A DNA stretch of 42,272 bases from Pirellulales bacterium (GTDB lineage: Bacteria > Planctomycetota > Planctomycetia > Pirellulales > JALHLM01): contig JALHLM010000003.1 in assembly GCA_022844585.1 (NCBI GenBank), positions 1 through 42,272 of the forward strand. Direction: 5' to 3'. A model generated the notes under the pieces. That model was given only the letters and a program-made list of their open reading frames with translations. It was not told the origin of the DNA and made no database searches. Within the stretch, counting starts at the first letter, position 1. Each line of letters begins with the position of its first letter. Below, one piece after another: positions 25,322-34,516 of this stretch. A program made the translations under genes and the position numbers.

Positions 25322-27550
25322 TTAAGCGAGACGGCGTCGCATGACGAGAGCGCCGATGCCCAGGCAAACGGCCAGCACGACGCTGCCCGGCTCCGGAACC
25401 GCGTTCGCCGGGCCGCCAGCCCCGAAGTTATTGCGGACGTTGTTCAGGTCGGTGATGGTGACGAGGCCATCGCCATTGGTGTCGCCCAAACCTGCGCCGC
25501 CGAAGTTATTGCGGACGTTGTTCAAGTCTTCGATGGTGACTTTCCCGTCGCCGTTCGTATCACCTTCCTGGCCGACCGCTCCGGCGATTCCGAAGAACTG
25601 CACTTCGCTCAACCCCGCGAACGCGGCATCCGGTTCCCCGCCAACGGCCGGATACGTGACGCCGTTGTGGTTGGAGCGAATGTCGAACCGCACGAAACGG
25701 ATGTCGTTGCGATCGAGGGCAATCGTCTCCGAGAAGTCGACGTCGCCGACGCCCGGCGCCACGTCCAGAGCAAAGCTGCCGGCCGGCGTGAAGGGGCCGG
25801 CGAAATCCGCAGCAACCGAAATATCAAACGCGTTGACGCCCCGACCCAAGAGTTCGGGCCGACCCTCCAGCGTTTCGTTGTAGTTCCAGATCTTCACGTC
25901 GGTCACGTCCGTGACGGCGCCCATGTCGAACACAACGAAGGGGGCGGTATCGGTGCCGCCTAAGAAGCCGACGCCGTTGGTAAGCCACATGAAACCATCG
26001 GGAACAATCGTGTGCGTCCCGGCGGCGAAGTCCATTCCGGAGCCATCCAGCATGTGCGAGGCGGCCCGTTCAAAGGGCGTCCCCAATTGGCTGGATACGT
26101 TTGCGATCGCTACATTCGGCAGCCGGTATTCAGTTCCCGGCGTCGGGGAACCAACATAGTTAACGGTCGCCGGGGCCAATTCGCTGCCTTCAGTGGGCAC
26201 TACGGCCAACGTGAGGTCTCGATATCCACCTGGACGAAACGGCTCGCCCAACTGAATGATCTCGTTGTTCGCCAGCGTCGTGACGCCGGGATTCCGCAGC
26301 TCACTCAGCTGTCGGTTGCGGGGATTTGCTTTTTCCCAATTGGGCGTCGGCTTATCGGTCAGGCTGTCCCACGTCGCTGGGTTCAGGCTGGCGCTTCCCG
26401 AGGCGATGGAATAGTTGTCCAGTTCGAACGGCGCTCCCGTCTGGTTCGTGAGCGACGTGACTCCGGAGTAAGGATTGACCGTCAGCACCAGCTGGGCGCT
26501 TGCGGCCGAAGTCAATGCACCGACCAAACCGACCACGGCAAGGCCCGCTGCGGCCTTGCGCGAGCGGCGTCCCACGTACAGCAGTCCCGCTCCCAGCGCC
26601 AATAACAAAACGCTCGACGGTTCCGGCACCGTGATGCCGTTCTGTCCGAGCCGCGTCTTCATCAAGCGAAAGTCAAAGCCGTCGACGCGGCCGTTGAGGT
26701 CGACGTCCCCTTGCTCGAACGTGTTGCCAGTGCCGAAGTTGTCGCGCAGAATGCCGTAGTCGGCCAGGTCGACCACGTCGTCGTAGTTGATATCGAACGG
26801 ATCGAACTCCGGCAGGCCAATGGGGCTTGTGCCATCGGCCAGCAGCGCGATCTGAGCGGACTTCAGCGGCTCATTCCAAAACGCCAGGTCATCCATCCAG
26901 CCGAGAAAGTTGGAGTAGCTGTCGCCCCGCGTGCCGACGATCAATGGATTGTCGTTGGTCACGAGCGGCCCGGCCAAATTCGACGTTCCCGCAGGTGCGC
27001 CGTCAACGTAGAACTGCACTGCGGCGCCGGCGTTGACCACAGCCGCCACGTGGTGCCATTCCAGCGGAGCGATTGCGACGTTGCTGCTATAGCCGCCCAG
27101 CGTCGGGCCTTCCGTCGTTTGGTGCAGGAAGTCGAGGAAGCCTCCTGGATTGATGCGGAGTTCGAAATTGCCGGGGTAGTTGATGGGCGCGGTGCCGCTG
27201 GGCCCCTTCACGGCGATGAAGTAATACGTCGCGGCGTCCGACATGTTCACCCAACCGGCGATGGTCAGTCCCGTGGTCATGTCCAGAGACGCCGAGTCGG
27301 GCACAAAGAAGCCGCCAGGTCCGCCTTCCATATTGAAGGAAGTCCCCGAGCCGATCTGAGGCGGCACATCGTCATGGAAAGTGCCGTGTTGAACCGAGGA
27401 TGGGTTATTGCCGAACCCTGAGGAGTCTTCCACTTCCTCGTCAAAGTTGTAGTAGGCGACCAAATCCGCTTGGGCGGTCGAGGCGGCCAACAACAGGCCG
27501 GTCAATGCCAATGCGCGCAGCGCGAGCCTCATGGAGTATCTCCTGTTCAT
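25322..27550 (-). CDS. composite secreted protein: two complete PEP-CTERM proteins fused in frame
   Basis: One 742-codon ORF. aa 1-332: signal peptide (LLLAASTAQA), a LamG-like body, a degenerate dockerin-like pair and the tail VPEPSSVLLLALGAGLLYVGRRSRK. aa 326-742: a second signal-peptide-like segment, a galactose-binding-like domain ending LSEVQFFG, a tandem dockerin-like cassette and the tail VPEPGSVVLAVCLGIGALVMRRRLA. Confidence 0.8.
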   Translation of the reverse strand: MNRRYSMRLALRALALTGLLLAASTAQADLVAYYNFDEEVEDSSGFGNNPSSVQHGTFHDDVPPQIGSGTSFNMEGGPGGFFVPDSASLDMTTGLTIAGWVNMSDAATYYFIAVKGPSGTAPINYPGNFELRINPGGFLDFLHQTTEGPTLGGYSSNVAIAPLEWHHVAAVVNAGAAVQFYVDGAPAGTSNLAGPLVTNDNPLIVGTRGDSYSNFLGWMDDLAFWNEPLKSAQIALLADGTSPIGLPEFDPFDINYDDVVDLADYGILRDNFGTGNTFEQGDVDLNGRVDGFDFRLMKTRLGQNGITVPEPSSVLLLALGAGLLYVGRRSRKAAAGLAVVGLVGALTSAASAQLVLTVNPYSGVTSLTNQTGAPFELDNYSIASGSASLNPATWDSLTDKPTPNWEKANPRNRQLSELRNPGVTTLANNEIIQLGEPFRPGGYRDLTLAVVPTEGSELAPATVNYVGSPTPGTEYRLPNVAIANVSSQLGTPFERAASHMLDGSGMDFAAGTHTIVPDGFMWLTNGVGFLGGTDTAPFVVFDMGAVTDVTDVKIWNYNETLEGRPELLGRGVNAFDISVAADFAGPFTPAGSFALDVAPGVGDVDFSETIALDRNDIRFVRFDIRSNHNGVTYPAVGGEPDAAFAGLSEVQFFGIAGAVGQEGDTNGDGKVTIEDLNNVRNNFGGAGLGDTNGDGLVTITDLNNVRNNFGAGGPANAVPEPGSVVLAVCLGIGALVMRRRLA
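25325..25399 (-). other. PEP-CTERM sorting motif (C-terminal)
   Basis: VPEPGSVVLAVCLGIGALVMRRRLA occurs directly before the stop codon. Confidence 0.85.
25421..25564 (-). repeat. tandem dockerin-like cassette, copy 3 of 3
   Basis: GDTNGDGKVTIEDLNNVRNNFGGAGLGDTNGDGLVTITDLNNVRNNFG. Confidence 0.85.
26555..26629 (-). other. internal PEP-CTERM-type motif in mid-ORF
   Basis: VPEPSSVLLLALGAGLLYVGRRSRK at aa 308-332 of the 742-aa ORF. No stop codon follows it. Confidence 0.8.
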
Positions 27551-27876
27551 CGAAGACCAGTGGTAGATGTCCGCCCGAATCTGTTCCGACGAAAGAGTCG
27601 TTCGGTCCAGACTTCAAGGTCTGGCCTACCGCTAAATGCGGCGACCAGATGAAGTCGAGAAGCCCCCCTCGCGACGCAATACTTATAGCCATCAACGATG
27701 GCTAATGCAAACTAAATGGGCAACTTAAATTCGTGGATTTTGCAAAAAGATTGCCTGGTCGATAAAGGACCAAAGGTCCGACGCGATCGAATATCTCTCC
27801 GGTGGGGGGCGCTTCGCGGGATCGGCCATTACGAATCGACGTCGCAGTCGATGAATCGTCTCACAGCCCCATCGAG

Positions 27877-29670
27877 TTATTCGCCGAGCGCTTCCAGGAT
27901 CTCCCAGCGCTCGTACGCGTTGGCGAGTTGGCTTTCCAACTGCCTCAACTGGTCCGCGACCGCGGCGATGCGCTCACCCGATTGGCGATAATAGTCAGGA
28001 CTGGCCATATCCGCGTGGATCGCGGCTACCTGGGATTCAATTCTCTCGATCAAAGCGGGCAAGGTGTCGCGCTCTTGCCGCTCCTTGAAGGTCAGCTTGC
28101 GCGATGGTTTGGCGGGGGCCGACGGAGATTCCGAACGCACCGCCGCTTTCATCGCGGACACTTCGTTTACCGAACGATTGGCCCGCTGCCGCAGCCAGTC
28201 GTCGTAGCCGCCGACGTATTCGCGCACGCCGCCGTCTTCGAACACAATCGTGCTTGTGACGACGTTGTTGAGAAACGTGCGGTCGTGGCTGACCATCAGC
28301 ACCGTGCCTTCGAATTGCACCAGACGATCTTCCAATAGCTCCAAAGTTTCCGCGTCCAGGTCGTTGGTCGGCTCGTCCAGCACCAGCACATTGGCGGGCT
28401 TGGCGAACAACTTTGCCAGCAGGACGCGATTGCGCTCGCCGCCGGACAGAAACCGCACCGGCCCGCGGGCTTGCTCCGGGCTGAACAGGAAGTCTTGCAA
28501 ATAACCGATGACGTGCCGCGACTGGCCGTTGAACTGAATCGAAGCGGAACCGTCGGTGACATTGTCCTGCACCGATCGATCGTCGTCGAGCTGCTGACGC
28601 AGTTGATCGAAATAGGCGATCTGCAGATTGGTTCCCAGACGGACCGTGCCCGACTTGGGGGAAAGTTGGCCGAGCAACACGCGCAGCAGCGTGGTTTTAC
28701 CGGCGCCGTTCGGCCCCATGACGCCGATCTTGTCGCCTCGCATGACGCTGGTGGAGAAATCGCGAAAAACCTCTCGCTCGCCGTAGGAAAACGCAATCGC
28801 GGAGGCCGCAGCGACCAAGGTTCCACTGCGGTTACCCTCTTGAATCTCGATCCGCGCGTTCGACGTCGGCGATTGCCGTTCGCTCCGCGCTTTGCGCATG
28901 GCTTCGAGGGCGCGCACGCGGCCTTCATTGCGGGTGCGCCGGGCTTTGACGCCTTGCCGGATCCAGACCTCCTCTTCGGCCAGCCGTTTGTCGAATAGCG
29001 CGTTTTGCTTTTCTTCGGCGGCTAGCGCGTCGACCTTGCGGACGAGAAACGTTTCGTAATCGCAGGACCAGTCAAAGAGGCGGCCGCGATCGATCTCGAG
29101 AATGCGCGTGGCCAGATTTCGCAGGAACCTTCGATCGTGCGTGACGAAGATCAATGTGGCGCGGCAGCGCGCGAGGAATTCTTCCAACCAGGTGATCGAT
29201 TCCACGTCGAGATGATTCGTCGGCTCGTCCAGCAATAACACGTCAGGATCGCCCGCCAGCGCCTGAGCAAGCAAGACGCGCCGTTTCATGCCGGAGGAGA
29301 GCGATTCGAAAGCGGCGTCCGCGGGCAGTTCCATGCGGGACAGCAGTTGCGTGGCCCGCTGTTCGACTTGCCAGGCGTCTCCGGCGTCCGTGGGTTTGAA
29401 GCCGCGGACGACGATATCCATCACCCGGCCCGTGACGTCTTGCGGCACGTCCTGCGACAGCAGGGCTACGGAAGCGCCGAGGGAGTAGCGCACTTGCCCC
29501 TCATCGGGCTCGACGTCGCCGTTCAGAATGCGCAAGAAGGTCGATTTGCCCGCGCCGTTTCGGCCCAGCAAGCCGATCCGCTCTCCCGGTTCGATCTGGC
29601 ACGAAACACTGTCCAGTAACGCAGGGCCGCGGAAGCCGATGTGAAGTTCATTGACCGAAATCAGCGGCAT
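27877..29670 (-). CDS. ABC-F family ATPase (Uup-like, two ABC domains plus a C-terminal coiled coil)
   Basis: The ATG at 29670 gives MPLISVNELHIGF. Walker A motifs are GRNGAGKST and GPNGAGKTT. Signature motifs are LSSGMKRR and LSGGERNR. There are no TM segments, and the C-terminus is a coiled coil. Confidence 0.9.
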   Translation of the reverse strand: MPLISVNELHIGFRGPALLDSVSCQIEPGERIGLLGRNGAGKSTFLRILNGDVEPDEGQVRYSLGASVALLSQDVPQDVTGRVMDIVVRGFKPTDAGDAWQVEQRATQLLSRMELPADAAFESLSSGMKRRVLLAQALAGDPDVLLLDEPTNHLDVESITWLEEFLARCRATLIFVTHDRRFLRNLATRILEIDRGRLFDWSCDYETFLVRKVDALAAEEKQNALFDKRLAEEEVWIRQGVKARRTRNEGRVRALEAMRKARSERQSPTSNARIEIQEGNRSGTLVAAASAIAFSYGEREVFRDFSTSVMRGDKIGVMGPNGAGKTTLLRVLLGQLSPKSGTVRLGTNLQIAYFDQLRQQLDDDRSVQDNVTDGSASIQFNGQSRHVIGYLQDFLFSPEQARGPVRFLSGGERNRVLLAKLFAKPANVLVLDEPTNDLDAETLELLEDRLVQFEGTVLMVSHDRTFLNNVVTSTIVFEDGGVREYVGGYDDWLRQRANRSVNEVSAMKAAVRSESPSAPAKPSRKLTFKERQERDTLPALIERIESQVAAIHADMASPDYYRQSGERIAAVADQLRQLESQLANAYERWEILEALGE

Positions 29671-29894
29671 ATCGAAAACTATCGGGGACCAGGTCGTTCG
29701 GACATCGGCCCAACGGCGGCCGATCCATGTGCGCATCGCGTAACCAACCCAGGTCAGCTCGGCGACGCCCCAATCTTACCCGACGACCGGTCGCGAATAT
29801 CAGCCCGGTGGCTGGGGAGGATCGATTCGTCCTGCCTGCGATCGTCGAATCCGCTAAGATGCCGTGCCTGGGCCTTCCGATTGTCACATCGCCG

Positions 29895-31253
29895 ATGAAT
29901 GTTTTGAATGCAAGCCTGTTGAGGCGTCCGTATTGGGCGCTGTTTTTCGTCGCGCTGGCGGTGCGGCTGTTAGCGGTGCAACTGCTCTGGGCGCCGTCGG
30001 ATCTGCCGCGCAGCTACGAGCATGGCGAGATCGCCGCGAATCTCGTCGCCGGGCGCGGGTTTCGCGTGGAGTTTCTGCATGCCGACCGCCTGACTTCCCA
30101 GCAGGCCCCGTTCTACCCGTACTTGCTGGCCGGGGCATTTCTGCTTTACGGAACGCATGCTCCGGCGGCGGACCTGGCCGTCCAGACGCTGCAATGTTTT
30201 GCCGGAGCGGTAATTTGCCTGGAGGTGGTACGGCTTGCGCGCGCCGTGTTGCCCGAACGAAGCCGAGTCGCGTGGATCGCCGGCTACGGCGCGGCGCTCT
30301 ATCCGCCGCACGTCTATGCGGTCACCCATCTGCAGGTAGCGCTCTGGGCGGCGCTCTGGCTCACGCTGTTGGCGGCCTGGTGTTTGAGCGCCGACCCGAC
30401 GCGGATCGTTCGCACCGGCGCTGTCGCGGGTCTACTGGGCGGATTGCTCGTGCTTACTGAACCGATCCTCGCCCTCGCGTTGCCGGTGCTGGCGATGGCG
30501 CTTTGGCAACGGGCCTATCGCATTGGAATTGGCGCGAAGCGCTGGATTGCTTCGGCGCGACCGACCGTCGTGATGACAGTGGCCACGTGCTTGTTGATTG
30601 CGCCGTGGATCGTGCGCAACTATGCCGTGCATGGCGAATGGGTGTTTATCAAGTCCACTTTCGGGTACGCCTTTTGGCAGGGGAACAACGCTTCCAGTTG
30701 GGGCACCGACAAGATTCCCATGCCCGATGCAGCGATGCGCGCCGCCCAGCACGACGGCTCGATCCGCGAGATGAACGCTGCGCTCTGGGCCGCGCGTTAC
30801 GAAACGACTTACATCGACGACCTGCTGTTGACCGACGAGGACTACGCCCAGTTCGCAGAACTATCTGAACCTGTGTGTTGCCGACTGCTAGGGGACCGGG
30901 CGTGGCAGTTTATTCACGACGATCCTGGCACCTACGCGAAGTTGTGCCTGAATCGGCTGCGGTATTTTCTGCTGTTCGACGAGACGAACCCCAAGGCGTC
31001 GCATCTTGTCTACCGTGGATCGACGCTCGCCTGGCTGGTGCTCGCGATCAGCGGTTTGGTCGTGACACGCCGCGAATGGAGGACCCTGTGGCCGACTTAC
31101 GCGGTGTTCGGGCTGATCCTCGTGTTTCATGTGCTCACCATTACGTCGGCCCGTTTCCGTATTCCGGTGGAGCCGCTGACGTTTTCCTGGTGCGCGGCCG
31201 GTGTGGAACAAATCCTACGATGGATCGCGGCGCTGCGCGGTCGGCGGGCGTAA
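29895..31253 (+). CDS. glycosyltransferase family 39 / ArnT-like polytopic membrane protein
   Basis: The ATG at 29895 gives MNVLNASLLRRPYWALFFVALAVRLL. The protein has many TM helices with an ArnT/PMT-like N-terminal layout (YEHGEIAANLVAGRGF). The upstream extension in the ORF track is not hydrophobic. Confidence 0.65.
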   Translation: MNVLNASLLRRPYWALFFVALAVRLLAVQLLWAPSDLPRSYEHGEIAANLVAGRGFRVEFLHADRLTSQQAPFYPYLLAGAFLLYGTHAPAADLAVQTLQCFAGAVICLEVVRLARAVLPERSRVAWIAGYGAALYPPHVYAVTHLQVALWAALWLTLLAAWCLSADPTRIVRTGAVAGLLGGLLVLTEPILALALPVLAMALWQRAYRIGIGAKRWIASARPTVVMTVATCLLIAPWIVRNYAVHGEWVFIKSTFGYAFWQGNNASSWGTDKIPMPDAAMRAAQHDGSIREMNAALWAARYETTYIDDLLLTDEDYAQFAELSEPVCCRLLGDRAWQFIHDDPGTYAKLCLNRLRYFLLFDETNPKASHLVYRGSTLAWLVLAISGLVVTRREWRTLWPTYAVFGLILVFHVLTITSARFRIPVEPLTFSWCAAGVEQILRWIAALRGRRA

Positions 31254-31276
31254 GGTAGACTTGCGCGGAGCGTATC

Positions 31277-31804
31277 ATGCGGATCCGACCTTCATTCCTA
31301 CCGACGATCAGTACGCACCGGCGGCGCGTCCTGGTCGACTGGGCGCTCGTCCTCTTGTCTCCACTGTTTGTGCTGATCGCCATTTTGACTGCGCCGATAC
31401 TGTTGCTATTTGCGTTCGTCGATTATTTGCAACTTCGACACTATTGCTGGAAACACCAAGTCTGGACGTTTCTGGTCTCGACGCAACGGCGCGGCTGGCA
31501 CGAATTCGTCCGTAACAATGTGGAGCCGGTGCTGCCCGACGGGATGGCGCTCGTCTGGTTCTGCGACCTCGCCACGCCCGGCAGCCCGATGCGATGGCTG
31601 AGTTCCGCCGTGGCCAGCCAGGTGAAGCCGTGCGTCGTCCATGTGACGCTGTTTCGCGTGCGCGCGCATTCGATTCATTCGCGGCTCAAGGATCAGAAGT
31701 GGCGGCGCCGCGTGGATGTCGAGACTCAACGCGAGGTGCGGAAGGCCCTGCGCGAAGAATTGGAGCTGATTTGCGGTAAGTTCACGGAAGGCCCATCGCC
31801 ATGA
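31277..31804 (+). CDS. hypothetical membrane-anchored protein
   Basis: 175 aa with one long N-terminal hydrophobic segment (VLVDWALVLLSPLFVLIAILTAPILLLFAFV). It starts 23 nt after the GT39 stop. No family recognised. Confidence 0.55.
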   Translation: MRIRPSFLPTISTHRRRVLVDWALVLLSPLFVLIAILTAPILLLFAFVDYLQLRHYCWKHQVWTFLVSTQRRGWHEFVRNNVEPVLPDGMALVWFCDLATPGSPMRWLSSAVASQVKPCVVHVTLFRVRAHSIHSRLKDQKWRRRVDVETQREVRKALREELELICGKFTEGPSP

Positions 31805-32223
31805 CGCCGCGCGAAGCAATCGATGCCGGTCGTAAGGTGCTGGATCCGCTATTGACCTCGGCCGGATTTCGCTTCGATTCCGGCGCGGACGGGCAGGGTT
31901 CCGGCGGTCCATTTGCCAGAGCCGCTTACGTTAAGACGGACCTCAGAATGCATTTCAGCTATCGCCGGGCCGTCGGCGACGTGCACTACGTGGTCGGCGG
32001 TGAAACCATCGAGCACACGACGCTGATGCGCATGCTGGGCAAATACAGCGATTCCAAGTTTGCGTCTTTTGATCGCTCCGAACCGCTAACCGGCTTTGCG
32101 GCCTTGCGGGATGATTTGCAGGCCTTCTGCAGTGATTTCCTCAACGGACACGGTGCGGAACTCAAGAGACTTGCCATCGAACTCCGGTCGCAAGGAGGAA
32201 GGCTACCGCCATACCTGCCGTAA
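31801..32223 (+). CDS. hypothetical cytoplasmic protein
   Basis: 140 aa. The ATGA overlap with the preceding ORF (ATG 31801, TGA 31802-31804) suggests translational coupling. No family recognised. Confidence 0.55.
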   Translation: MTPREAIDAGRKVLDPLLTSAGFRFDSGADGQGSGGPFARAAYVKTDLRMHFSYRRAVGDVHYVVGGETIEHTTLMRMLGKYSDSKFASFDRSEPLTGFAALRDDLQAFCSDFLNGHGAELKRLAIELRSQGGRLPPYLP

Positions 32224-32236
32224 CACGGATCGCGGT

Positions 32237-33103
32237 TCAGGTGTTCGTTGACGCGGCGTTGCGGAGCCAGCGCAGAACCTGCCCGGCCAGTTCCGCATAG
32301 CAACCCAGGTATTGGTGGTTCGCGCCAGCGAGAACGCGCACGTCCGCTGTCGCCTCACCGGCTGCTTTGAGACGCTCGATCTCCTCCGGCAGTCCTGCGA
32401 AGGGTCCGCCTTCGCCCAGTTCCTCCGTGCCGAATGTCACCAGCGTTGGCGTTGTCACCTGTTTCAATAGCCGTGGCACGTGGTAGCGTTCCTCCGGCCC
32501 GTATTTGTCGACGTATCCCGCCGCTGTGACCACATACGGTAACGGGAACAGGACTTCCATCAATGTTTCGCCACGGCCGGCGGCGACATGGTCCTGCGCT
32601 TCACCAAGCGTTGATTGAAACAGTTCTGACTTCCGACCCGCCGCAAACCGGGCGTGCGATAGCCACGGCGGCGAAATCGCCAGCAGACGCACGATGGCGG
32701 GCCACTCTTGCTGAGACAATGCATAGATGCCTTTGAGTGCGCCCAGACTGTGCCCCAGCAGACCGATGCGTTGATAGCCGCGCTCGGCCAGCAACGCGAG
32801 CCAGGCTTGAAGATCGGCGACGCAGTCGGATACCCGTTCGTAGGCCGATCCATGGATCTTGCCGGCGCTCGTGGCGATCAGGTCGTGTCCGCGCGTGTTC
32901 ACCCGGAGCAGCGGCAAGCCGACTTCCAACAGGTACGGCGTCAGGCCGTTGAAGAACGCCGAGGCGTAGAAGTTGCTTCCGGTGCCATGCACGCCGAGCA
33001 GGCAATCGACGCCGTAGTCGGTTCCGCTGGCATTGGCTGGAATTAACACGCCGTCCAGGCGCAACGCATCGGCAGTCTGGACGTGCAGCAATTCAACGAG
33101 CAT
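32237..33103 (-). CDS. alpha/beta hydrolase
   Basis: Nucleophile elbow GHSLGA in LLGHSLGALKG, an HG oxyanion-type motif (GVHGTGSNF), and 288 aa length. Confidence 0.8.
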   Translation of the reverse strand: MLVELLHVQTADALRLDGVLIPANASGTDYGVDCLLGVHGTGSNFYASAFFNGLTPYLLEVGLPLLRVNTRGHDLIATSAGKIHGSAYERVSDCVADLQAWLALLAERGYQRIGLLGHSLGALKGIYALSQQEWPAIVRLLAISPPWLSHARFAAGRKSELFQSTLGEAQDHVAAGRGETLMEVLFPLPYVVTAAGYVDKYGPEERYHVPRLLKQVTTPTLVTFGTEELGEGGPFAGLPEEIERLKAAGEATADVRVLAGANHQYLGCYAELAGQVLRWLRNAASTNT

Positions 33104-33163
33104 CAGGTAGCCACTTTCAATGAGTAAGCGACAGAGAGATGGAATTCGTTTCCCGCGTCGCGG

Positions 33164-34516
33164 CTATTTGACGCCACTAGCGCTCGATGCTTCGTCGGCG
33201 CTTAACAATCCGTCGGCGTCGGCATCCAGCGCGCGAAAGTGCTCTGCTGGCAGCGGCGACTCCCTCGCGGTCACGAGGCCATCGTCATTGGCGTCCATCG
33301 CGCGGAACCATTTGGGCGAGCTCGTGACTGCGACCGTCGGAGTGGTCGACCTACTGGATCGCTTGGGGAGCGCCACACCGCCCCATGATTTGGCGCTCGG
33401 TCCGACAAACTCGAGGGAAAAATATCGCCTCGACGGACAATCGATTTCGCTCGTCAACGCGACCGAAGCAAAGCTCAACTCCGCCATGCTCAACCGGCCG
33501 TTCGAGTCGCCGTCGATCAGAGCCGTGGGGTTCCCGGTGTGATCCGTAACCTGCACCCACACCTGGCAGGCGGCGCCTTGAGCGACCAGATCGCAGTAGG
33601 CGTTCAGTTCCTCCGACGTCAACTGTCCATCCGCGTCTCGATCGGCATAGCGTGCCAACTCGGTAAACCCGGAAAGACTTGGAGATTGACCAATCTCGTC
33701 GAGGCGGAGGAATCCGTTGCTGCCCGCGGACGCCTGGAACTGGGCCAGCAGGAACTCGCGCGTGGTCGCCACGTCGGGCGCCGAGCGCTCAGCTACGACG
33801 GTGAGTGTCCATGGCTCGCGCGGATGAGAAACCCGGAAGCGGCGCGAGGCCAGCCAAGTGCTGACGATGTCTCCCTGCGTTGTGGTGGCGGCTGCCGATT
33901 CTGGCAAATCACTGCCAAGTTCGATACGCAAGACCGCGCGCGGCGTCGATTCGACTTTCTGACTCAGGTCAGCGGCGTCCGCCTGGCGAAGAACGTCGCC
34001 AGCGAAGGCCAGGAACTCGTTTTCTTCCCAAACGTCGTCTTCATTCAAATCATAACGCCGCAACGCCTGTGGCAATGTGGTGTCGCTAGGCGTCGCCATC
34101 GCCTTATGAAAAATATGGGCCAATTGAAGGTCGCGCTCCGCGTGCGGAACATATTCAACGACGACGGGGGCAAATCCATGGAGGCGACTATACTCTTCCA
34201 TCTCCTGCGGAGCCGCCGCGCCATTCCGGTTTGCATCGAGCGTCGCGAAATCGAGTGTCAGCAGGCCGCGATCCGGCAGCGGCAGCGGCATCATTCGCGC
34301 CACTTCTTCCCGATTCAATGTTCCATCGCGATCCTGATCGAAGTAATCGACCAGTTTGGACAAAAAATCGCGCCAGGGCTTCTCGACATCCTGTCCATGG
34401 AGCGAAAGCTCCAGTGAGATCGCCGGCACGTCGTAGGGAGCGTTCGCTCGCAGGTCGATTTGCGCCTGCGCGCGGGATACGATCAGCATTAGCGCTATGA
34501 GAATCGAGAACCTCAT
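33164..34516 (-). CDS. secreted multi-EF-hand calcium-binding protein
   Basis: The ATG at 34516 gives the signal peptide MRFSILIALMLIVSRAQAQ. There are seven 12-residue EF loops: DQDRDGTLNREE, DANRNGAAAPQE, DLNEDDVWEENE, DRDADGQLTSEE, DGDSNGRLSMAE, DANDDGLVTARE and DADADGLLSADE. The ORF-track extension to 34870 overlaps the DUF1501 gene and is rejected. Confidence 0.8.
   Translation of the reverse strand: MRFSILIALMLIVSRAQAQIDLRANAPYDVPAISLELSLHGQDVEKPWRDFLSKLVDYFDQDRDGTLNREEVARMMPLPLPDRGLLTLDFATLDANRNGAAAPQEMEEYSRLHGFAPVVVEYVPHAERDLQLAHIFHKAMATPSDTTLPQALRRYDLNEDDVWEENEFLAFAGDVLRQADAADLSQKVESTPRAVLRIELGSDLPESAAATTTQGDIVSTWLASRRFRVSHPREPWTLTVVAERSAPDVATTREFLLAQFQASAGSNGFLRLDEIGQSPSLSGFTELARYADRDADGQLTSEELNAYCDLVAQGAACQVWVQVTDHTGNPTALIDGDSNGRLSMAELSFASVALTSEIDCPSRRYFSLEFVGPSAKSWGGVALPKRSSRSTTPTVAVTSSPKWFRAMDANDDGLVTARESPLPAEHFRALDADADGLLSADEASSASGVK

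Noticed and set aside
20333-25564. Recurrent ~30-nt DNA repeats, considered as a possible CRISPR-like or tandem array
   Set aside because: The repeats are the coding sequence of the dockerin-like cassettes inside three genes. They have no regular repeat-spacer periodicity, and there are no cas genes.
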